A DNA stretch of 64,000 nucleotides from a virus. A program made the translations under genes and the position numbers. Below the pieces are notes generated by a model that did no database searches, was not told the origin of the DNA, and saw nothing but the letters and a program-made list of their open reading frames with translations. Shown here piece after piece: positions 8,291 to 18,182 of the stretch. The stretch covers positions 1 through 64,000 of the IMG/VR virus record IMGVR_UViG_3300023184_004167; one strand, written 5' to 3'. Within the stretch, counting starts at the first letter, position 1; each line of letters starts with the position of its first letter.

Positions 8291-9070
8291 TTAAGCGTCT
8301 TTGTCAAAGTTTTTTGCCTTTTCTGCTGAAGAAAGTTGGAAAATATATGAAAGAATTTTTCTTTTCATAATTGGAATTATAGTTTCATCCAATGGAAGTT
8401 TCTGTGAGCACTTAACCTCAAACACCGGTAGTTTTTTAACAAGTTCAATATCCTTCCAACTTGATTTGTTTTCTATTATTGAATTTAATGTTTCCTCTTC
8501 GTGAATACCCTCGTGAATTTTTTTCAAATAATTTTTGTAATTAAGGTTTTCTCCTTTGGGTTTCTTAACTTGGTATTCCCAAACAATAATCTTGTTCTCA
8601 TCCTTTACGTGATAAACAACAAACCCTGCACCAACAATAATACCTGACTTGTTCTTCTTTGGTGATATTGTTATGCTATCATATGCTATTGTCCATATTG
8701 ACTTGGCAACATTGAACGCATCTATTAATTTTGTGTTGGAATAATTTAAAGTTTTCTTTAGTTCTAATTTTTCTTCTTCTGATACAAGTCTTGGTTTCTT
8801 TGGATATAGTTCTTTTAATAAGATTTCATCATCACAGGATTCAAACTTCTTGTCCGTTAATAATAAAACATTCTCCTTTAATAAGGATTGCAAGTTTGCA
8901 ATATGTAATGATAACTCCACAAAATCTGGATAGATTTCAAGATTGTCAAAGTTTTTTCCGCATTTTTTCAGATAACCAAGTAATGTATATTTGTTATATT
9001 CAAAATCAATCGGTTCCTTAAACATCCACTCGGGACTTAATTTAAATGATATTTTTTTCTTCCTTCCCAT
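8291..9070 (-). CDS. Conserved hypothetical protein (Bacteroidota-like 'IDFEYxKY.LL.YL')
   Basis: ~260 aa ORF; motif recalled from Bacteroidota hypothetical proteins. Confidence 0.7.
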   Translation of the reverse strand: MGRKKKISFKLSPEWMFKEPIDFEYNKYTLLGYLKKCGKNFDNLEIYPDFVELSLHIANLQSLLKENVLLLTDKKFESCDDEILLKELYPKKPRLVSEEEKLELKKTLNYSNTKLIDAFNVAKSIWTIAYDSITISPKKNKSGIIVGAGFVVYHVKDENKIIVWEYQVKKPKGENLNYKNYLKKIHEGIHEEETLNSIIENKSSWKDIELVKKLPVFEVKCSQKLPLDETIIPIMKRKILSYIFQLSSAEKAKNFDKDA

Positions 9071-9106
9071 AACCAAATATAATAAATCATTTTAAATTAA
9101 TGTAGT

Positions 9107-10876
9107 CTAATTTAATCTAATCACCCAATAGGTTTCCCCTTCAACACTAACCTCATCCGCATTTCCATCATAACCGCTGATTGTATTTCCAAATCCGTCA
9201 GCATTTATCACCCCTTGAATAAAATCATCTTTATCAACAAATTCACTCCATTCTAATCCAAAATTATTCATATACTCTTCTGGGTCGCTTACCGCATCAT
9301 CAACCAAATCATTAATTTTAGAGTCAATCAGTTCTTCAGGAAAATCTCCTTCCGGGTCGTCCTTAATATCTTCAATCTCACTTTCCCATTCTTCAATCAT
9401 TTCAGTTGAATCATCAATCTTGTTCTGCAACTCATCAATTTCTTCTTCATCTTCTGTATTTTCTATCATTTCTTCAAATTGAGATTTTGTTGAGTTTTCT
9501 CTCTCAATTTTTGATTCTAAAATTTTAATCCATTCTTCTTGTGAATCTGACAATTCTCTTTCTGAATCCTGAAAATAAGAATCTCCACTCTCTCTGACAT
9601 CATTATCATATGTATCTCTTGCATGTTCTTCAATTGCATCTGTATCAATATAACTTTTGGCAAAATCATTATTAAATCCCTCATATCCAATATCATCAAT
9701 AAGAGCCTCAACATGTTCTTCGCAACTTATTTGCATTTCATTATCATCACCAACCGCATATTCTCTACCATCCAAATCAGCGCTATTTATTACAACAAAT
9801 GATTTTAACTGATAATGACCTCCTTCAGGTATAATATTATAAACATCAATCTTTCCCTCTAATTCAGTTAACTCATCTTCCATATCACTTATCTCATCTA
9901 ATAAACCTATGTTTGTTTCTTCTTCCGCATCATATTGTGTTTGTAATCTTTCAATCTCATCTTTTAATCTTTGAATTTCAACTCTATCTTCATTTGTTAA
10001 CGCACTAACATCACTGGTATCAACCAACCAATCTAATAACGCATGCGCCCTCAACCCTATTTCAGGACAATTTGGACCTAGTTCCCATTCACCATCCAAT
10101 CTTCTTTCTTCTGCGTCATTGAGTCTTTCTCTTAATACTTGTGCTTCTCTTAGTCTATATAATCTATCCCTTTCTTTCTTGGCCAGTTCTTTGTCGGTAT
10201 AAATTTTAATTTGCTCAGCATATTCAGACGCCATATACTCAACTATCTTAGTTTTAATTTTGTCAAATTCGTTTGTTCCAAGAATCCATCCGGTTTTGAA
10301 ATCATCATCTTTAGAATCCCAATAAGTCTCAGTCCCATCAAAATTTCTTAATATTGCAACCTTATAATAATAATCTGATGTTGGTTTTGTTTTATCTATT
10401 ATATAAAACAATTTACCCTCACTATTATATTTTTTGAAGTGTTCATCTCCGGTTGCCGCTGTACACCATTTCGTTCCCTTACCATAATAACAAGACGCCG
10501 CATGTGTTAATGGATTAACAACATAAAATTTTTCATCTTCATATACAAGATTACCACCCTCAACCTTCTTAACTTCCCTTCTTTCTTTTTCACTATATTT
10601 TAAAAGCTCACTAAACAATTGTCCCATCCCCTGATACTGATTTAAATCAGTTATAGGAAGATTGTGAGATATTTTTTCAAAAGTGTTTAATGCTCTAACA
10701 ATTTTATGAAAGTTATCTTCAAAATTTACAGCATCCATATGCCTCCCAGTCCAATCCAAAAATTTTGGCATTACATCAGCCGCAATCTTTTCTGTATTTT
10801 CCACACCAAACTTTTGTGAATACTTAGTCTTAAAATCATCCACCTTACTTTCAAGTAATATTTTTGAAAAATTCAT
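9107..10876 (-). CDS. Protein with 'CxYG..TxWCT' domain and highly acidic coiled-coil C-terminus
   Basis: 589 aa; ASCYYGKGTKWCT domain paralogous to 18183-19529; Asp/Glu-rich C-terminal half; upstream TATTTAT motif. Confidence 0.8.
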   Translation of the reverse strand: MNFSKILLESKVDDFKTKYSQKFGVENTEKIAADVMPKFLDWTGRHMDAVNFEDNFHKIVRALNTFEKISHNLPITDLNQYQGMGQLFSELLKYSEKERREVKKVEGGNLVYEDEKFYVVNPLTHAASCYYGKGTKWCTAATGDEHFKKYNSEGKLFYIIDKTKPTSDYYYKVAILRNFDGTETYWDSKDDDFKTGWILGTNEFDKIKTKIVEYMASEYAEQIKIYTDKELAKKERDRLYRLREAQVLRERLNDAEERRLDGEWELGPNCPEIGLRAHALLDWLVDTSDVSALTNEDRVEIQRLKDEIERLQTQYDAEEETNIGLLDEISDMEDELTELEGKIDVYNIIPEGGHYQLKSFVVINSADLDGREYAVGDDNEMQISCEEHVEALIDDIGYEGFNNDFAKSYIDTDAIEEHARDTYDNDVRESGDSYFQDSERELSDSQEEWIKILESKIERENSTKSQFEEMIENTEDEEEIDELQNKIDDSTEMIEEWESEIEDIKDDPEGDFPEELIDSKINDLVDDAVSDPEEYMNNFGLEWSEFVDKDDFIQGVINADGFGNTISGYDGNADEVSVEGETYWVIRLN

Positions 10877-10965
10877 ACTCTTTTTATTTATAAATATAAT
10901 TCTTATGGTTATAATTAAAGCAAATATACTATTTATAGTAAAATAAACTTTTTAAATTAATTCAC

Positions 10966-11121
10966 ATGGGCTGCGGATGTAAAGGTAATCAAAATCCACC
11001 TCCTCCTCCTCCACCAAATCCTGCTCCACCAAAACAGGATAAAGTGGTAAGTGAGAGCGTGCAAAGCTCTATAAAAAAGACTATTGAGAAGTATTATAAC
11101 GTTAGTAAAACTCAAAAGTAA
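10966..11121 (+). CDS. Small MGCGCK/poly-Pro protein (51 aa, not in ORF track)
   Basis: MGCGCKGNQNPPPPPPPNPAPPKQ...; upstream TATTTAT (10930-10936) and downstream terminator. Confidence 0.65.
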   Translation: MGCGCKGNQNPPPPPPPNPAPPKQDKVVSESVQSSIKKTIEKYYNVSKTQK

Positions 11122-11144
11122 TTTTTTTAGACTAAAATGGTAGA

Positions 11145-11172
11145 GGAGCGTATAAAAAACGCTCCTTTTTTT
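11145..11172 (+). terminator. Intrinsic terminator
   Basis: GGAGCGT-loop-ACGCTCC followed by a T tract. Confidence 0.75.
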
Positions 11173-11185
11173 ATATTTATATGTT

Positions 11186-11518
11186 ATGAAGATTTTAATA
11201 ACGGAGAATCAGTTAAGGAAAGTTCAGTTTAAGTATTTGGATTACTTATTTGAGGGAATACATGAAGTTAAATCAAAAAACCATCCTGATTCAAGATTTT
11301 GGAAAAAAGATGATGAAGTGGTGTTAGAATTGGAAAAATCAGGTGATTTGTTGGTTTTACATTCAATTTGGAGTAATATTTCCAATATGTTTTCTTTGGA
11401 AAATCGCGAAACTCAACAACTTATGAAGGAATGGGTGAAACAACGTTTAGGGTTGGTGAGAGTCACACCAATAATAACTGCATATGTTGTGCCGTTGGTT
11501 AGGTGGAACAACATTTAA
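11186..11518 (+). CDS. Hypothetical protein, tandem paralog A (MKILITENQL leader)
   Basis: First ~90 bp nearly identical to the 11530 gene. Confidence 0.8.
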   Translation: MKILITENQLRKVQFKYLDYLFEGIHEVKSKNHPDSRFWKKDDEVVLELEKSGDLLVLHSIWSNISNMFSLENRETQQLMKEWVKQRLGLVRVTPIITAYVVPLVRWNNI

Positions 11519-11529
11519 TATATAAAAAT

Positions 11530-11859
11530 ATGAAGATTTTAATTACAGAGAATCAGTTAAGGAATGTTCAGTTTAAGTATTTGGATTACTTATTTGAGGG
11601 AATACATGAAGTTAAATCAAAAGAATATCCGAACTCTAAATTTTGGAAGAAAAATGATAAAGTTGTGTTAGAATTGGAAGAAGATGGCAGATTATGGGTT
11701 TTACGCTCAATTTGGAATGATATTTCAAATATGTTTTCTTTGGAATACCCTGAAATTAATGAACTTATAGCAGAATGGGTAGAACAAAATATAGAATTGG
11801 AAAATACTATAATAAGGATACATCATATCACCCCATTTACTGAGTGGAAAAACGTTTAA
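11530..11859 (+). CDS. Hypothetical protein, tandem paralog B (MKILITENQL leader)
   Basis: Start set at ATG 11530 by homology to paralog A. Confidence 0.8.
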   Translation: MKILITENQLRNVQFKYLDYLFEGIHEVKSKEYPNSKFWKKNDKVVLELEEDGRLWVLRSIWNDISNMFSLEYPEINELIAEWVEQNIELENTIIRIHHITPFTEWKNV

Positions 11860-11871
11860 TATAAAAAAATT

Positions 11872-12858
11872 ATGAGAAACATTGATGATATAATTGAGGA
11901 TTTTAATGATGGTGAAACCGAATTAGTTTTAAAATATTTCGGAGATTTCCAAACATTCTTTAAAATTTTAGATAAGAGAAATAGGTTGGATGAATTAATC
12001 AAACCCTTCGCAATTGAATGGGAAAATGATATTCTCTTATATCTATATGAGACTGACTTACAACAATTCAAATATTGGTGCAATGAATTTTTAGATGATA
12101 TTGAAATTGTAGAAGATAAAGTATATTGCATTAGAGATGCCGGTGATTTTGGTGATTTATTTTGTGATAACAGAGATGTTAGCAGAAGCACAATTGTAAA
12201 TATATTAGAAGGTAATACCGACTTTGATTTTTACTATGAGTCAGATATTGATGTATATCAAGATGTAATAAATGAATTATATGTTGGAAATCTTCAAAAA
12301 TTAAAAACCGCAATTATTAAAATTTTAGAAGGAAAACAAATTTTACCTGAAACTGAAATACTTAAAAGCATTGCCGAAAGCCAAGGACATTCAGAATATG
12401 TAATCATTGACATCAACACCATAGAATGGGTTTTTCAAGATTACAAAACTATGACTTATTTACTTAATAATGATTTAGATGATTTAAAAGATGACTTAGT
12501 TCATGTCTATAATGACTCATGTCATTCAGTTCTTGAAAATAATTATTATAAATCTGTTTGGGATGAATTAACTAGTTCTCATTTTACAGGTAAACCAGAA
12601 TATATTACCATACACCAACCAAATTATAAAGTTAAATACATTGAAAAGATTAAACTGGAAGTCTCTGACTTTTATAGAACAATTAATAATTATCTTTCTG
12701 TAAATAAAGGTTATTCTAATGGCAATTTAGAATACATTGGTTCATATCTTTCAATATTAAAAGAAGAATCAGAATGTTTGAGAGCAGATTTTGATGAATA
12801 CCCAGACCATCGTGAGGTAGATAAAATAATTAATGAATTAATTACAGATTATATATAA
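11872..12858 (+). CDS. Acidic hypothetical protein
   Basis: 328 aa ORF continuing the + strand operon. Confidence 0.8.
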   Translation: MRNIDDIIEDFNDGETELVLKYFGDFQTFFKILDKRNRLDELIKPFAIEWENDILLYLYETDLQQFKYWCNEFLDDIEIVEDKVYCIRDAGDFGDLFCDNRDVSRSTIVNILEGNTDFDFYYESDIDVYQDVINELYVGNLQKLKTAIIKILEGKQILPETEILKSIAESQGHSEYVIIDINTIEWVFQDYKTMTYLLNNDLDDLKDDLVHVYNDSCHSVLENNYYKSVWDELTSSHFTGKPEYITIHQPNYKVKYIEKIKLEVSDFYRTINNYLSVNKGYSNGNLEYIGSYLSILKEESECLRADFDEYPDHREVDKIINELITDYI

Positions 12859-12860
12859 AA

Positions 12861-12886
12861 ATGGGGGTGATATTCTCACCCCCATT
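12861..12886. terminator. Hairpin between convergent genes
   Basis: GGGGTGA-TATTC-TCACCCC. Confidence 0.65.
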
Positions 12887-12902
12887 AATATTGTTCAGGA
12901 AT

Positions 12903-13499
12903 TTATATGTTCTCTTTAACAAATAAGTCTTCAACTTTTTTACTCATCTTACTATATCTCATTCTAAAGTTAGTCGGCATTGCATTATATATGTTCATAT
13001 TTCCGTAGGGTGAATTACTTGGCTTACTCCAACGTCTTGTCTTACCCAAATGATTATAGAACTGAATATAAGCATTAGCTTTTTTAATATAACAATCCAA
13101 GTCAACATTAAGTCCCCACTCTTTAATAAGGGCAACAGAACGTTTCTCATTATCTAATTCCAAATCACGGGCGACCGCCAAGTGTTTATCAATATTTCTA
13201 ACATTTTTCCCTGATAACCAATCATCAACCTTAACCAAGCTGACATCTGCCTTGTCCCAAAGTTCAATACCATCTACCCATTGTGTTAGATGACAATATT
13301 CATGAACCAATATCTCAATCCAATCAGCTCTATTCATTGAAACGGCTAACATTGGAGTATCTCCACCCTCAAAAAAACCTGAACATTTGATGTTACCAGA
13401 TAACCTCAAATATTTTACTTTACGAAGGCTACATTTAACCCCGTGTGGTTTACATTGCTCTTTAACCCACTGAACGAAATTCATTTCTTTTCTTGTCAT
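12903..13499 (-). CDS. Putative zinc metallopeptidase-like protein (HExxH)
   Basis: 'ILVHEYCHLTQW' with downstream 'ELDNE'; own host-type promoter. Confidence 0.6.
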   Translation of the reverse strand: MTRKEMNFVQWVKEQCKPHGVKCSLRKVKYLRLSGNIKCSGFFEGGDTPMLAVSMNRADWIEILVHEYCHLTQWVDGIELWDKADVSLVKVDDWLSGKNVRNIDKHLAVARDLELDNEKRSVALIKEWGLNVDLDCYIKKANAYIQFYNHLGKTRRWSKPSNSPYGNMNIYNAMPTNFRMRYSKMSKKVEDLFVKENI

Positions 13500-13521
13500 A
13501 GTTATTATGTTTTTGTGAATA

Positions 13522-13552
13522 CAAAGATACGCCTATTATTTGAGACGGCAAA
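13522..13552 (-). promoter_or_regulatory. Bacteroidota sigma-70 promoter
   Basis: TTTG-N19-TATCTTTG. Confidence 0.8.
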
Positions 13553-13694
13553 GTCTTTTTTAAGTGTAAAAACATATTAATTTGTTATATATAATAAATT
13601 ATTTATATGAATTTTCACATATATATTAAATAATAATTTAAGAAATCTATTCAATTTTACATATGATTTTAATATTATTTAAAAAATAAAATAA

Positions 13695-14438
13695 ATGATA
13701 TTAAAAAGTCCAAAAAGTAGATTATCCATATCTAACTTATTTGCGGATTATATTCTCAGCAAAATTCCAAAAGAAAATCAAAGCATAATACAAGTCATTG
13801 ATTGTATTAATTTTTATGTTATCAAAGGTAAGACAACTTATAACCAACCATTAAACATTGGTGAGATTATAACCGACTTTAAAACCGATTTAGATAAAAA
13901 CCACCAGTTCCTCATATCAACTAAAAAACTATCAAACACCATAGATTTAATTGAATATAATATTGATTTAACAGAACAGGAAGAACTTGTATTCACTTAC
14001 CATAACACAGAAAATTGTTCTTACCACCATAAACAAATAGATGAGTATAAACAAGATGAGAATTATTCCTATGATTATAACTTCAATATGAAAAAAATAT
14101 CTGACGATAACCTATTAAGTTATTGTTCAGAATTCCCACACGGATACTCATTAGGACAAGGAAGATTACTTTACTATTATGGTAAACACATATTTTATAA
14201 CCTACCAACAAATTATCCTATAACCACACTGACATTTACAATATCAAAGAAGTCTGAAGAAAAATTCTTGGTTCATAATGATGAAAGGATTACCTCAGCA
14301 ATTTTGGATATGTTTGATTTTGATATGAAATGGCTTGAGAAGGAAATTAAAAAAGTGGATTGGAGTATTGAACTCATCAACCCACTTGAAGATTATGATT
14401 TTTTAAAGAAAAGAATTAAAGACTTTATCTTTATATAA
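13695..14438 (+). CDS. Hypothetical protein, possible degenerate S-adenosylmethionine synthetase-fold protein
   Basis: The ORF is solid. Weak by-eye similarity to MetK N- and C-terminal segments; catalytic motifs absent. Confidence 0.4.
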   Translation: MILKSPKSRLSISNLFADYILSKIPKENQSIIQVIDCINFYVIKGKTTYNQPLNIGEIITDFKTDLDKNHQFLISTKKLSNTIDLIEYNIDLTEQEELVFTYHNTENCSYHHKQIDEYKQDENYSYDYNFNMKKISDDNLLSYCSEFPHGYSLGQGRLLYYYGKHIFYNLPTNYPITTLTFTISKKSEEKFLVHNDERITSAILDMFDFDMKWLEKEIKKVDWSIELINPLEDYDFLKKRIKDFIFI

Positions 14439-14730
14439 TTCCCAATTTCTTTCTGTGTTCCTGAATTATCTCAACCGCTTCTGTTAATTCATTATAGTTC
14501 CTTTCAGGAGCATATAAGAATGAGTTATGGTGTTCATCATTACCCTCCACAATCAATAAAGCCGGAACCATATCATTCTCTGTGATTTCAGAGAACAAAT
14601 CATATTCATCCTTATATTCATCTATATCCCTATCATAGAACTCAATATCTTCTTTTATAAGAATGTCTTTAAAATCTTGACAGAATGGGCAATTTTTCAT
14701 TGTGTAAACAACAACTGAAAGTTCTTTCAT
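14431..14730 (-). CDS. Glutaredoxin-like protein
   Basis: 'VVVYTMKNCPFC' and 'VP' cis-Pro motif. Confidence 0.85.
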   Translation of the reverse strand: MKELSVVVYTMKNCPFCQDFKDILIKEDIEFYDRDIDEYKDEYDLFSEITENDMVPALLIVEGNDEHHNSFLYAPERNYNELTEAVEIIQEHRKKLGII

Positions 14731-14731
14731 A

Positions 14732-15049
14732 TTATATTTTTTTTGCTACTTCCATTATTTGTTCTGTTCTAAGAACACCTGAGCTGTGATATACTTCACC
14801 CCCACCTGAATAACCTTTAATGGTGGGCACACTTCTGATTCCAATTTCATTAACAATGAATTCTTTATCTTTTTCAATATCAAAAGTATAAAGTTCTGTC
14901 GCAGATTTTGATTCGGTTAACATTTTTGATGCTGACTCATACATTGGTTTCATTGCGCGACATGGTCCGCACCACGGAGCCCAGAAGTCAACTAAAAACT
15001 TATCCCCTCTTTGTAATTTTTCTTTAAATTCCTGTGCCGTAATTTCCAT
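14732..15049 (-). CDS. trxA: Thioredoxin
   Basis: 'VDFWAPWCGPC', 'IRSVPT'. Confidence 0.95.
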   Translation of the reverse strand: MEITAQEFKEKLQRGDKFLVDFWAPWCGPCRAMKPMYESASKMLTESKSATELYTFDIEKDKEFIVNEIGIRSVPTIKGYSGGGEVYHSSGVLRTEQIMEVAKKI

Positions 15050-15050
15050 A

Positions 15051-15371
15051 TTATCTATTTTTTAAGTTTTTTAAAAATTGTTTTGTGAATATCATCAATT
15101 CATTCAATTGAGCAATATTGTAATATACCTTAATGTCTATTATAGTTTTATAAAGGACATTCCTTGTTATACATAAATAGAACCCATGTTTAGTTTTTAA
15201 TATTTTTTCTGACCACATATTTTTGCCATCAGAATACACTGAAACCATATAAACGGATTCATAGTTTGTCTCATCAAAAGTTTCACCAGACATTTTAACT
15301 TCCCCCAAATCCATTTTTGAGAATATGTCTTCTGACTTTTCTAATTTTTTAATATATAATGGCTTTATCAT
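15051..15371 (-). CDS. Hypothetical protein
   Basis: ORF in operon. Confidence 0.7.
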   Translation of the reverse strand: MIKPLYIKKLEKSEDIFSKMDLGEVKMSGETFDETNYESVYMVSVYSDGKNMWSEKILKTKHGFYLCITRNVLYKTIIDIKVYYNIAQLNELMIFTKQFLKNLKNR

Positions 15372-15372
15372 A

Positions 15373-17022
15373 TTAAAAATCTAAATTAAAATTATAACTT
15401 GTATAGCCATTTTCAATATTTTCACACGTCCATTTTAGCGCACCATTGTCATCCCACTTTGAATCTGAATGTAAAATAACCCCATTTGTACATTCTTTTT
15501 TCAACTTAACATTTTCATATTTTTTATCTATAACACACATATAAAGTTTGTTATCCAAATGATTTAATGCTTCATTCCATTCTTCACCTAACTTACCATT
15601 AAATCTTCCTAAATTCTGAACTCTAAGAGCAAATACTTTGTCATCCACTTTGTTTAAAACATATTGTACCGTTCCCCTATCATCAGATTCAATATCATTT
15701 TTTCTTAATGATACAATAATTGAACCCACTTTACCAATATAACCTTTAACGCAATTAGATTGTGAAACACTCTCTTGATTATAAACAGATGAATTAGTTA
15801 ATAAAACAGGATAGTATGTATCTTCTCCAACTTGTATTGGTTTATTAATGATGTCGTGTATGTATTCAGGATATACCCTAGTATATGTTCCTTGCTTATA
15901 GTGTTGTAATTTATCTGTCCAATCTAAATGCTCCTGTCTAAACTCTTCTTTATTATCACTGGAATGCCATCTCAAATCTTCTTCCCCATATGCCTTTAAT
16001 TCAATGTAAAACCTTATGTGGTCAAAAAAGGTTGAATACTCCAAGGTTTCTTTAACAAAAACTTGCTTAAAGATTTCAAATACCCTTTTTAATTCTTCAA
16101 GTGAAAAAACATCCCTTAAATTAGTTTCTGTTGAGAACCAAGGCTTATAGGGTGAATTTAGACACGCTAATAACACCTCTTCATTCTGATTAATCCAATC
16201 CTCACCAAAGAACTTTAAAGCGATTCTATATACCGACAAATTGACTACACTACATAAATGCAACGCTTTCCTGACTTTCTTTCCAGTAATCCCATTTATC
16301 GCCATAAATGTTTCCACATATTTGTTTTCATTCTTCCTAAAATCTTTTAGGATAGGTAATTTTTCTGTTGTTTTAAGAAACACCCCAAAATTATTTGGAT
16401 ATTTAATTCCCCTCTTATTCAAATAAAACCTATATAACCTCTCACTGAAATTCAAATCCCCGAAATCTTGTCTTTGGTCTAGCTCAAACATAAATGTAGA
16501 TAACGCCATTATAGCGGTTTCATACTCATCTGATTTTGGATTGAAATGTTTTATATAGTTTTTAACCATAAGTTTCATATTATTAATTGGGTCTCCCGCC
16601 CAAAAATTTCTTCTTAACCTTTTTTGACATTTCTTTTTTTGATAGTTAGTTAACGACCCATTATATACATCACCAGTTCTTATATTGGCTGTGACAAAAA
16701 AGAGATGTTTATTAACTTTAAACCAAGAACACCCAACACTTCTTTTTCTTATCCCGTAAAAACATTTAATTGAAACCTTATCATCATCTCTCTCCACAAC
16801 AATCATACAATGCTCCTTCTGTATTGAATACAAAGGATTACCATAATTTTTAGTATATGTTTCTTCTAATTCATCAAACCCCTTATTATTAAAAATTACT
16901 CTAATCTGTTTTTTCTTGTTGTACTCTAACTCACGCCCCTCATTATCACTAATAGAATTAGTGTCATAATACTCATCATTGTGATAACGTTCATAACTAA
17001 CCTTGAATAATTCTTTTTTCAT
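15373..17022 (-). CDS. PcfJ-like domain protein
   Basis: C-terminal 'ESVSQSNCVKGY...IIVSLR...Q.LGRFN'; TATATTTG -7 element at 17027-17034. Confidence 0.7.
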   Translation of the reverse strand: MKKELFKVSYERYHNDEYYDTNSISDNEGRELEYNKKKQIRVIFNNKGFDELEETYTKNYGNPLYSIQKEHCMIVVERDDDKVSIKCFYGIRKRSVGCSWFKVNKHLFFVTANIRTGDVYNGSLTNYQKKKCQKRLRRNFWAGDPINNMKLMVKNYIKHFNPKSDEYETAIMALSTFMFELDQRQDFGDLNFSERLYRFYLNKRGIKYPNNFGVFLKTTEKLPILKDFRKNENKYVETFMAINGITGKKVRKALHLCSVVNLSVYRIALKFFGEDWINQNEEVLLACLNSPYKPWFSTETNLRDVFSLEELKRVFEIFKQVFVKETLEYSTFFDHIRFYIELKAYGEEDLRWHSSDNKEEFRQEHLDWTDKLQHYKQGTYTRVYPEYIHDIINKPIQVGEDTYYPVLLTNSSVYNQESVSQSNCVKGYIGKVGSIIVSLRKNDIESDDRGTVQYVLNKVDDKVFALRVQNLGRFNGKLGEEWNEALNHLDNKLYMCVIDKKYENVKLKKECTNGVILHSDSKWDDNGALKWTCENIENGYTSYNFNLDF

Positions 17023-17076
17023 AATACAAATATAATGAATTAAAATGAAAAGGGGACAATATGTCCCCCTATTTTT

Positions 17077-17832
17077 TTAGCAATAAGTCTCGGCTAATTC
17101 CCAAAGTTGGGTGTTAACCTTTTGAAGTGATGAGATGTTTTTAAGTTCTCTCATAGTAGTAAACCTACCCTTAGGTGTTTGATAAGACATACCCCCACGA
17201 ACAAACTTCTCCTGAACTCGGTTAAATACATTCCACACGGATTGTTTAGCGTCCTCCGCTCTAACCGGTCTAACCAACTCTTCAATACTTAAAGAACTTG
17301 GAACTGAACCTGGAATCCAACGGATGATTTTTGCCTTGATTCCGAAATCATTAACCTGCTCATTAGACATAATAGTTGAATCCATTCTACCCATAGCATT
17401 TCCAATAATAGGTAAGTTCTCGGCAAACTCATCTGTAAGTCTACGAATATCCCCCATATCAACTTTCATATGACGAACTCTGATTGATGACGCGATTCCC
17501 GTTGGAACTGTAAGTCCATTGGAACATACTAATCTGTGAAGTCCGGCTCCGATTGATAGACTTGAAAGTCCGTTGTGTGAGTTTCTGATAATTGCTTCAA
17601 CAATTGAATCTCCGACTTGAGGTAATCCTCCGTTTCTTAAACGGACTTCGTGAATACCATAGGGATTATTACCCATTTGTTTTGCTGTTGAAATTTCCCA
17701 ACCTTCCCTTTGGAACCCTTCAAGGATTTCAATGGTTGGAGCCATATTGTATTTCTGTGTGAGCCTTGGCGAAGCCTCTGTGGTGAAAACTGCGGGAGCA
17801 TTTACCCTTACTTGTTCTAATGTTAATGACAT
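17077..17832 (-). CDS. DUF932/DUF945 family protein
   Basis: 'NSHNG.SS...AGLHRLVCSNGL', 'WNVFNRVQE', 'N..LWELA'. Confidence 0.85.
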   Translation of the reverse strand: MSLTLEQVRVNAPAVFTTEASPRLTQKYNMAPTIEILEGFQREGWEISTAKQMGNNPYGIHEVRLRNGGLPQVGDSIVEAIIRNSHNGLSSLSIGAGLHRLVCSNGLTVPTGIASSIRVRHMKVDMGDIRRLTDEFAENLPIIGNAMGRMDSTIMSNEQVNDFGIKAKIIRWIPGSVPSSLSIEELVRPVRAEDAKQSVWNVFNRVQEKFVRGGMSYQTPKGRFTTMRELKNISSLQKVNTQLWELAETYC

Positions 17833-17851
17833 ATGTTTTAGATTTAGAATA

Positions 17852-17883
17852 CAAAGGTAATGTATTCCATCCAGACCACCAAA
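17852..17883 (-). promoter_or_regulatory. Bacteroidota sigma-70 promoter
   Basis: TTTG-N20-TACCTTTG. Confidence 0.8.
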
Positions 17884-18165
17884 TTAATTTAAACAATATC
17901 CGCCAAAAATTGTGTCAACCATAACTTTTGAGGTATTTTCATAGTGAACTTTGGTTTCTCCATTAATATCCAAACAAACCTCAATAAGTTGTTTTCGTGT
18001 TAAACTTACCTCATCACCCTTGTCAATATTTAATATTGCCATTTGTCTAACTTTTTCAAAAAATTCATCCTTTTTTGAATTCGGTATTAAATTTAAGAGT
18101 TCATTAGGATTTTCCCTAAAAAATTTAAGGATATTACTCATATAAATTTCTACCTCTACATTCAT
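17884..18165 (-). CDS. Hypothetical protein
   Basis: ORF in operon. Confidence 0.7.
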   Translation of the reverse strand: MNVEVEIYMSNILKFFRENPNELLNLIPNSKKDEFFEKVRQMAILNIDKGDEVSLTRKQLIEVCLDINGETKVHYENTSKVMVDTIFGGYCLN

Positions 18166-18182
18166 TATGTTAAATTTTTAAA

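Noticed and set aside
11186-11859. Diversity-generating retroelement TR/VR pair
   Set aside because: Both copies are intact ORFs, differences are not confined to adenines, and there is no reverse transcriptase in the window.
13553-13694. Extremely AT-rich intergenic stretch as a possible replication origin
   Set aside because: No iterons or clear repeats; adequately explained as a divergent promoter region.
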